Assembly (NCBI GenBank): GCA_045650505.1
Contig: JAZRRE010000031.1
Coordinates: 95,885 to 159,884, forward strand
Origin: Clostridia bacterium
GTDB taxonomy: Bacteria; Bacillota; Clostridia; Christensenellales; UBA1242
Direction: 5' to 3'
Length of the DNA stretch: 64,000 nt
Part shown: positions 57,510 through 64,000 of the stretch, piece by piece
How positions within the stretch are numbered: the first letter of the stretch is position 1
Layout of the letters: each line of letters starts with the position of its first letter
Notes under the pieces: model-generated
Seen by the model: only the letters and a program-made list of their open reading frames with translations
The model's database searches: none
Told to the model about the DNA's origin: nothing
Position numbers and translations under genes: made by a program

Positions 57510-57574
57510 GTTGTCAAAATATTGATAATAATTTAGAATTATGGTATAATACAAATGTTCAAAAGAGGAGTATT

Positions 57575-58732
57575 ATGATTGAAAATTATAAAATTGAAAT
57601 TGATGAAACTACAAAAATTAAGAAAATCAAAAAAAGTAATTTAATTGTTAGACTTTCTATTCTTGGTGCGTTTTTGCTTACTGTTTTAATCACAGCGATA
57701 GTGATTTTTGCTGGGGCAAAAGTTTCGACTGTTGGAATTACGGGAGAAGGTGGTGTTCGAAGCCGAAATGGAAAAGTTTACACTTATAAAGAATTTGAGT
57801 TTGTTAATATAAAAGATGATAATTCAATAGAGATTATCAATGCTGAAGATTTTGTGCTTGAAAGAAATGGAAACAGAGTTCACGGTTCGCTTATCTCAAC
57901 AGGAAATTTAGAAAATGCATCAGATGAATATAAGTTGATTTATGATGGAAAAGATAAATATATAAAAGTATATTTTGAAGGTTCTTATTACGGCTCACTC
58001 AATTTTTATTTCAAGGGTGAATTGTTAGATTATGTATCAAATTCAAATGATGCAGGTGGTACTTTTGGTGGTGCCTTAATTATTGAATTTTTAATTTTCG
58101 GCTTTATTTTTGCATTTGTTAGTGCAAAATTAAGCGGCAGATTATTTGCTAAAAATGGCGAAAGATATAAAGCTATCAATGAAAAAATTGTGCTTAAATT
58201 AAAGGAAATTGATTTTAAAACAACAAAAACATTTGCATTATCTGGCAGACAATCAGGTTCAACAGAAATTGAAAAAATGCTCATTTTTGTCGATGGAAAG
58301 AATAAAAAATTTGCATTTGTTGATTATTCTAAAAAACTTTTCAAGGTTGTTGATTATAAAGATTTAGTTAATTATAAACTTATTGAGAAGAATGGCACAG
58401 ATATTGGTTCACAACTTCATTATAGCATTATTTTAGATTCAGCTTACACTACAACCTCAAGTAGAGATGTTTGCAAAAAATTGCAACTTGTGCTTGTGCT
58501 TAATGATGAAGAAGATTCAACAATAATTTATGAACTTGTTAAGTCAAGTCTTGGAATGGATACAGATAGATATAAAAGACTTTCAAATGAAATGATAGAA
58601 CTTACTGCATTTTTAGACATTGTTGAAAAGAACACGCCAAAAGATAAACGCTTTATTTATTGCAAACATTGTGGAACTAAAAATGATTATGATGCAAAAA
58701 AATGCTCGTCTTGTGGTGCTGCAATTGATTAA
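57575..58732 (+). CDS. membrane protein with a C-terminal zinc ribbon (385 aa)
   Basis: Start trimmed to MIENYK after AGAGGAG (the ORF-track GTG start lies inside the gap terminator). Transmembrane helices LSILGAFLLTVLITAIVIF and ALIIEFLIFGFIFAFV. Zinc ribbon CKHCG...CSSCG. Confidence 0.7.
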   Translation: MIENYKIEIDETTKIKKIKKSNLIVRLSILGAFLLTVLITAIVIFAGAKVSTVGITGEGGVRSRNGKVYTYKEFEFVNIKDDNSIEIINAEDFVLERNGNRVHGSLISTGNLENASDEYKLIYDGKDKYIKVYFEGSYYGSLNFYFKGELLDYVSNSNDAGGTFGGALIIEFLIFGFIFAFVSAKLSGRLFAKNGERYKAINEKIVLKLKEIDFKTTKTFALSGRQSGSTEIEKMLIFVDGKNKKFAFVDYSKKLFKVVDYKDLVNYKLIEKNGTDIGSQLHYSIILDSAYTTTSSRDVCKKLQLVLVLNDEEDSTIIYELVKSSLGMDTDRYKRLSNEMIELTAFLDIVEKNTPKDKRFIYCKHCGTKNDYDAKKCSSCGAAID

Positions 58733-58736
58733 AAAT

Positions 58737-58765
58737 GAAAGGGTTTCAAGCCCTTTCTTTTTTTG
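58737..58765 (+). terminator. intrinsic terminator
   Basis: Stem GAAAGGG/CCCTTTC, then T7. Confidence 0.8.
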
Positions 58766-58801
58766 TGCATAATTTTAAAACTTAATTTTTAAAATTTTTT
58801 A

Positions 58802-58830
58802 TTGACAATTAAAAACAGTTGTTGTATCAT
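58802..58830 (+). promoter_or_regulatory. promoter of the GntR-ABC operon
   Basis: TTGACA, a 17-nt spacer, then TATCAT. Confidence 0.6.
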
Positions 58831-58850
58831 TGTATTAGTTAAGTAATACA
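58831..58850. promoter_or_regulatory. perfect inverted repeat TGTATTA-n6-TAATACA, probable GntR/YtrA operator
   Basis: It directly abuts the -10 hexamer and covers the expected transcription start. Confidence 0.6.
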
Positions 58851-58882
58851 GTGAAATATAAATTGTATCAAAGGAAACAGAT

Positions 58883-59242
58883 ATGGGATATAATTTTTCA
58901 AATGATAAACCGATATTTTTACAACTTGCTGATGTGATTAAAAGTGATATCGTGAGTGGCAAATTTAAAATAACAGAAAAACTTCCATCAGTTCGTGACT
59001 TTGCATTTTTGTATGGGGTGAATCCAAACACCGTTCAAAAGGCACTTCAAATTTTGGAAGATGAGGGACTTATTGTAACCGATAGAACAAATGGAAAATT
59101 TGTTGCAGGAAGCACCGAAAAAATTGAAGCACAAAAATCAAAAACAATAACGCAAGAAATTGATTTATTTATTGAAAAAATGAAATCACTCGGGCTTGGG
59201 CTTGATGAAATTAAAAATTTAATAAATAACAGGGGAGAGTAA
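58883..59242 (+). CDS. GntR-family transcriptional regulator, YtrA subfamily (119 aa)
   Basis: KLPSVRDFAFLYGVNPNTVQKALQILEDEGLI. The short effector domain is typical of YtrA-type regulators. Confidence 0.85.
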   Translation: MGYNFSNDKPIFLQLADVIKSDIVSGKFKITEKLPSVRDFAFLYGVNPNTVQKALQILEDEGLIVTDRTNGKFVAGSTEKIEAQKSKTITQEIDLFIEKMKSLGLGLDEIKNLINNRGE

Positions 59243-59244
59243 AA

Positions 59245-59946
59245 ATGAGCATTATTTTAGAATATAAAAATGTAAACAAAAACTTTGATGAAAAAGAAGT
59301 TTTGAAAGATGTGAACTTAAAAATTGAATCGAATAAAATTGTTGGGCTTCTTGGCAAAAATGGAAGTGGAAAATCAACACTTTTCAAACTTGCAAATGAT
59401 TTGCTTGTGCCAACAAGTGGAGAAGTTTTGATTGATGGCAAACCTGTTTCGGTGGAAAGCAAAAATATGGTTTCATATCTTCCAGAACGTTCATATTTAG
59501 AACCTAATTTAAAGGTTAGTGATGCAATTAAATTGTTTGAAACTTTTTATGAGGATTTTGACAGCAAAAAAGCAGAAAAACTTTTAAAAGACCTTGAACT
59601 TGACCGTGAAATGCGTCTTTCAAAAATGAGCAAGGGTATGAAAGAAAAAGTTCAACTTGTGCTTGTTATGAGCAGAAAGGCAAAAATCTACATTTTAGAC
59701 GAACCTCTTGGTGGTGTTGACCCAGCAAGCAGAGATTACATTTTGCAAACAATCCTCAAAAACTTTGATGAAAATGCAACTCTTTTAATTTCAACACATA
59801 TGGTTGCTGATATTGAAAAGATTTTAGATGAAGTTATTTTCATTGATAATGGCAAAATTGTGCTTCAAGAAAATGCTGATGAACTTCGCGGCAAAGAAAA
59901 GGGTTCAATCGATGAAATTTTCAGGAGGAAATTTTATGTTAAGTAA
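59245..59946 (+). CDS. ABC transporter ATP-binding protein
   Basis: Walker A GKNGSGKST, degenerate signature MSKGMKEK, Walker B IYILDEPLGGVD. Confidence 0.88.
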   Translation: MSIILEYKNVNKNFDEKEVLKDVNLKIESNKIVGLLGKNGSGKSTLFKLANDLLVPTSGEVLIDGKPVSVESKNMVSYLPERSYLEPNLKVSDAIKLFETFYEDFDSKKAEKLLKDLELDREMRLSKMSKGMKEKVQLVLVMSRKAKIYILDEPLGGVDPASRDYILQTILKNFDENATLLISTHMVADIEKILDEVIFIDNGKIVLQENADELRGKEKGSIDEIFRRKFYVK

Positions 59947-60721
59947 ACTTTTAAAAAGAGATTTAAAAAAGAATATGCGCTGGATGTGGATTTTGTTTGT
60001 GGGCACAATTGTGTTTGCAGCAGTGTCAAGAGGCGCAAAAGAACTTGGCGAAAATGTTGCATTTTTCAAAATGATAGGTATTTTTCTTGAAGGCGTGTTT
60101 TATGGCCTTGCAATCAACCTTATTATTCAACCATTTTTGAGAAATTTTTTAAATTTTCATAAATCGTTTTACAGTGATGAGTCTTATTTAACTCACACAC
60201 TACCGGTTACCAAAAATGCACTTATAAATTCGAAATATTTAACAGCACTCATTGAAATTTTGGCTGGTTTTGGTTCACTTATTGTTTCACTTTTGATTAT
60301 GTATGCTGGTCCAAACTTTACACAAGTTTTAAAACTTTTATTCTCAACTTTAATCACAGGTGAGTTTTCACTTTCACTTGCACTTATTGGCGTTGTTGTG
60401 CTTATTATTGTTGAATTTTTAATGTTTATTTCTATTATTGATTTTGCGATTGTTGTTGGTTTTAAATCAAAAGAAAAAAGAATTTTAAAATCATTTTTAA
60501 TCACAGCTGGCTGTGCGTTTGCAGCAATCACAGTGCTTGCAATTTCATTGGTAATTGTTTTGGCGATAAACGGAATCAAATTCACAACAACTTCGCTTGT
60601 GCTTTCAGCAACAGCATTTTATAGTGTGATTGTCACAGCAATTATTATTTATTCAGCTATTTCAATTTTATTTTATTTCTTGGCTAAAAAAGAATTTAAC
60701 AAAGGCGTTAATGTTGACTAA
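59936..60721 (+). CDS. ABC-2-type transporter permease (261 aa)
   Basis: Start trimmed to the ATG after CAGGAGGAA, overlapping the ATPase stop by 11 nt. About six transmembrane helices. Confidence 0.7.
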   Translation: MLSKLLKRDLKKNMRWMWILFVGTIVFAAVSRGAKELGENVAFFKMIGIFLEGVFYGLAINLIIQPFLRNFLNFHKSFYSDESYLTHTLPVTKNALINSKYLTALIEILAGFGSLIVSLLIMYAGPNFTQVLKLLFSTLITGEFSLSLALIGVVVLIIVEFLMFISIIDFAIVVGFKSKEKRILKSFLITAGCAFAAITVLAISLVIVLAINGIKFTTTSLVLSATAFYSVIVTAIIIYSAISILFYFLAKKEFNKGVNVD

Positions 60722-60744
60722 TTTAACAATATTTATTAATTAAG

Positions 60745-60778
60745 AGAATTAGAGCAGAAATGTTCTAATTCTTTTTTT
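60745..60778 (+). terminator. operon terminator
   Basis: Stem AGAATTAGA/TCTAATTCT, then T7. Confidence 0.8.
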
Positions 60779-60844
60779 AAAGGTTAGACAAATTTTAAAA
60801 TTAAGTGTTATAATGGTATTGTTATAAAAACAAAGGAGATAAAA

Positions 60845-61615
60845 ATGAAAAAGATTTTTAATTTAATGATTGCATTTATTTGCGTATTATGTACTACTAT
60901 GTTTGTTGGTTGTGATAATGCTAAATGTGAGCATACTGCAAGTGAAGATTGGGTAATGAATAACACACACCATTGGCATGAGTGTATTGAGTGTAATGAA
61001 AAGATGGATATGGCAAAACATGATTGGGAAGAAATTGTAATAGAAAACATTTCATCACAAAAGGACTTGGTATTATATGTATGCAAGGGTTGTGGTATGA
61101 AAGAATTTGATATATTTACCGTAACTGAACAAGAGTGGAATTTTGCACTCAATTTAAGTAGCTTTGATAAAGTTCAAGTGAATGCTCAAGGTAAAGACGA
61201 AAGTGGAAATGTTGTAGAAGCAACTATAACAAGAATCAAAGATGGCGATATTTTGTTAGAAACAATTATAGAAGATAGTGTAGAAACTAATGAATACTTT
61301 TCAAAAGAAAGTGATAAATATTATTCATATACTAAATCTGGTAATGATTGGATTAAGACAGAAATTGAGCAAGTTGACTATGAAGAAAAACTAAATCTTT
61401 TAAATGTAACTTGGAGGTATTCTGATTTTTCTTATAACAAATATACAAAAGCTTATGAGTATAATTATGAAGTTAATAATACTTCAGCGTTACTTCAAAT
61501 TTATTTTAAAAATGGAAGATTTACACAATTTAAAGTTACTTTATCTGATGGTTCTTCTGAAATATATACCATTGAATATGATAATGTTGAACTAGAATTA
61601 CCGATTGTTGATTAA
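60845..61615 (+). CDS. lipoprotein with a Cys/His-rich N-terminal module (256 aa)
   Basis: Signal peptide plus lipobox MFVGC. The mature N-terminus CDNAKCEH...HHWHECIEC...CKGCG looks like a zinc-binding module. GTA/TTA/ATA-rich codons. Confidence 0.75.
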   Translation: MKKIFNLMIAFICVLCTTMFVGCDNAKCEHTASEDWVMNNTHHWHECIECNEKMDMAKHDWEEIVIENISSQKDLVLYVCKGCGMKEFDIFTVTEQEWNFALNLSSFDKVQVNAQGKDESGNVVEATITRIKDGDILLETIIEDSVETNEYFSKESDKYYSYTKSGNDWIKTEIEQVDYEEKLNLLNVTWRYSDFSYNKYTKAYEYNYEVNNTSALLQIYFKNGRFTQFKVTLSDGSSEIYTIEYDNVELELPIVD

Positions 61616-61640
61616 TAGATTTTGTTTCACTAGTTTCAAA

Positions 61641-61673
61641 AATAAAAACCACCAAATTTTGGTGGTTTTTTTG
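61641..61673. terminator. bidirectional terminator
   Basis: Stem CCACCAA/TTGGTGG flanked by an A-run and T7. Confidence 0.8.
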
Positions 61674-61683
61674 TGTTTGTTGA

Positions 61684-62484
61684 TTATGGGCGAAGACCAA
61701 GTCCACCTTCAAGGGTAACTGTTTCACCGGTCATAAACTTGAAGTCTGGTGATGCAAGTTGAACGCAAACTCTTCCAATTTCAAGTTCGCTATCGCCGAA
61801 GTGGCCGATTGGTGGAGTTTTTACATTTGCTTTGAATGCATCTGGATATTCATTTGCAAACTTTTCAAGTTGAGCTGTCCAAGCAAGAGGGCAAACAACA
61901 TTAACATTGATGTTATCTTTAGCCCATTCAGTTGCAGCAACACGAGTTAAGCCGCGAATGCCTTCTTTTGCAGCAGCATAAGCACATTGACCATAGTTTC
62001 CAAAAAGACCAGCGCCTGAAGCAAAGTTGATAACAGAACCTTGTGTTTCTTTAAGGTGAGGGTAGCAAGCCTTCATATAATAGAAACTTGCATAAAGTCC
62101 TGAATACATTGCAAGGTTAAATTGGTCTGTTGTGTGGTTTTCAAGTGTAATGCCTGAAGCTGATGCTTGTGCATTGTTGATGAGAACGTCAATTCTTCCA
62201 AACTTTTTCATTGTCTCTTGCACAACCATATTTGCAACTGCTTCATTGTCAGCACCAGCATTGATGTCTGCAACAAGTGTTAAAACTTTAATTTTATAAT
62301 TCTTTTCAAGTTCTGCTTTTGCATCAAGAAGTTTTTGTTCATTTCTTCCTGTGATTACAAGGTTTGCACCTTCTTTTGCGTAAGCTGTTGCGATTCCATA
62401 GCCAATAGAACCACATTTTCCATCAGATAGCACGGCTCTGCCTGCACCTGTGATAATGGCGGTTTTTCCTTTTAAAAATCCCAT
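61684..62484 (-). CDS. short-chain dehydrogenase/reductase (SDR) family oxidoreductase
   Basis: TGAGRA...GSIG cofactor loop, catalytic YAAAK. Start trimmed to MGFLKGK after AAAGGAGAA. Confidence 0.85.
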   Translation of the reverse strand: MGFLKGKTAIITGAGRAVLSDGKCGSIGYGIATAYAKEGANLVITGRNEQKLLDAKAELEKNYKIKVLTLVADINAGADNEAVANMVVQETMKKFGRIDVLINNAQASASGITLENHTTDQFNLAMYSGLYASFYYMKACYPHLKETQGSVINFASGAGLFGNYGQCAYAAAKEGIRGLTRVAATEWAKDNINVNVVCPLAWTAQLEKFANEYPDAFKANVKTPPIGHFGDSELEIGRVCVQLASPDFKFMTGETVTLEGGLGLRP

Positions 62485-62644
62485 AATAAATTCTCCTTTT
62501 TTATTATTTACAATTTTGATTATAAACAAAATGGTAAATACTAGCAAATAAATTACGCACGAAAGTAACTTATTTTAATATTTTATTGAAAACAAAAAAG
62601 TTTTGTGATATAATTATATTATTAAAACTATGGGGAGTTAAATC

Positions 62645-64000
62645 ATGAAAGAAGGATTAAATCTTGACGGCATTAAACTTGCACTTAAATTGAAGTTTGA
62701 AAAAGTTAAACCATTTGTTGAAAAAGAATACAAAAGACCGGCTGAAGCAAAAGCACCTTATGTGTCTGCAGAGTGTCCTGAAAAACTTAAATCTCTTGCT
62801 GAAAGACTTGTGGCTATTCAAACTTTAAATGGTGAAATTAAAACTGAAGACATTGAAAAGAATGATGTTTATAAAATCAAAGATATGTCGAGAGAGCCAT
62901 ACAAGTTATCATTTAGAGATGCAATTTCATTTATGGTTGAAAATGCTTACTTTGTTGATTTTGATGTGGTTAACGCACGACACATTTTAAGATTTTTAAA
63001 TGAGTTTGAAGAAATATATAATAAATTTTATGCACAAAATGGGGCGGTTCCATTAAATGCATTCAGCACTGAAACTAGACTATTTATTAAAAACTTAAAA
63101 TCAGGGCTTTCAAAAGAAGAAGTTATGAGAACTATTTTAGAAGTCTATGCACCTGAACACGCTGATGTGAAAATGGAACATCATAATTATGAACTTGTTC
63201 CAAAGTCGCCACTCACTGAAGAAGAAATTGATAGAATTGTTGCTGAACTTTCTTCGATTGCAAAAGATGGTAATATTGATGCTTTGTTTTCAAATAAATA
63301 TGAGCCATATTTCAAAAAACTTTGTGAAAGACTTAAGATGTCGGGTTACACATTCAACTCATTTATCACAAGGCACACAAATTTTGATTACACAATGTGT
63401 TTTAAGTGTGACATTGTTAAAGCAACAAAACAAATGTGTGAAAGTTATTATGACCAATTTGGCACAACGGTTGGTATTCAATATAAAGACCCTTATCTTT
63501 ATAACAAAATTGAGCTTGCAAAAGAAATTTTGGGTGTTTACACAATAAGTGAAGTGCTTCAAGAAATGGGTATAGAAAGTGATAACTATGACACTTCAAA
63601 ACATACACTTTCAGAAGAAATTATTTTAAAGCGTGAAAAGGCTCTTTTTGCAAAACTTGGAGAAATTTATCCAGACAAGTTCATAACTTTAAAGTCAAGC
63701 ATTAATGAAAGTGAACTTTATGAAGAATTATTGTTTTTGGCAAGGCGTAGAAAATTTGCAAATGTAAATGACTATCTTGCAACAAAGGGTTTTTCAAGAG
63801 ATATGAATTACAATGCAAAAGTTAACAGAAATATGTATTTAAGTGAAAGAGATATTGTTCATTATGGATTTTTAAAATATGCTAAAACACCTGAAGATGT
63901 TGAAAAGAAACTTGCAGACAAAGGTGTGGAACTTGCAGACCCTTATGTGAGTCTTGGTGTGTATAGAAAACTTGCATTTGATGGTATTGATAGTGAAGTA
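62645..64000 (+). CDS. hypothetical protein, 3'-partial (at least 452 aa, runs off the window)
   Basis: Not in the ORF track because no stop is reached. I translated it by eye from the ATG at 62645 (after GGGGAG and a TTGAAA-17-TGaTATAAT promoter) and found no stop through base 64000. No family recognised. Confidence 0.7.
   Translation, partial: MKEGLNLDGIKLALKLKFEKVKPFVEKEYKRPAEAKAPYVSAECPEKLKSLAERLVAIQTLNGEIKTEDIEKNDVYKIKDMSREPYKLSFRDAISFMVENAYFVDFDVVNARHILRFLNEFEEIYNKFYAQNGAVPLNAFSTETRLFIKNLKSGLSKEEVMRTILEVYAPEHADVKMEHHNYELVPKSPLTEEEIDRIVAELSSIAKDGNIDALFSNKYEPYFKKLCERLKMSGYTFNSFITRHTNFDYTMCFKCDIVKATKQMCESYYDQFGTTVGIQYKDPYLYNKIELAKEILGVYTISEVLQEMGIESDNYDTSKHTLSEEIILKREKALFAKLGEIYPDKFITLKSSINESELYEELLFLARRRKFANVNDYLATKGFSRDMNYNAKVNRNMYLSERDIVHYGFLKYAKTPEDVEKKLADKGVELADPYVSLGVYRKLAFDGIDSEV

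Overview
The window is an origin-proximal chromosomal segment from a low-GC bacterium of Gram-positive type (Bacillota/Mycoplasmatota-like). It has strong AGGAG-type ribosome-binding sites, and the standard genetic code gives full-length conserved proteins. The conserved backbone reads as follows. On the minus strand: dnaA-dnaN, one membrane gene, rpmH-rnpA-yidD-yidC-jag, mnmE, a GNAT gene and mnmG. On the plus strand: recF, gyrB-gyrA, sbcD-sbcC and a housekeeping run (rRNA m5U methyltransferase, Nudix, miaA, hisS, PAP2, rdgB). Also present are a B. subtilis-like dnaB/dnaI pair, rpmG-secE-nusG-rplK-rplA, rplJ-rplL with an L10-type leader, map, fba/gap and a YtrA-type GntR-ABC operon. I saw no rRNA, tRNA, CRISPR array, transposase or integrase. 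Six things stand out. (1) None of about 68 gene ends uses TGA as a stop codon. (2) A roughly 5 kb block of three orphan genes splits rplKA from rplJL. It includes a 1037-aa coiled-coil protein whose codon usage changes part-way through the gene. (3) A four-gene orphan cluster lies at 22.1-25.7 kb behind a perfect consensus promoter, and it includes a 43-aa ORF missing from the ORF track. (4) A 0.5 kb XRE-regulator/small-protein cassette is bracketed by a perfect 31-bp duplication of a terminator hairpin, with face-to-face leaderless promoters. (5) A foreign-looking winged-helix-HNH nuclease gene is wedged behind the rRNA methyltransferase gene. (6) The origin neighbourhood is rearranged and I could not see a DnaA-box cluster. 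All functional calls come from motif recognition by eye. No database search or computation was possible.
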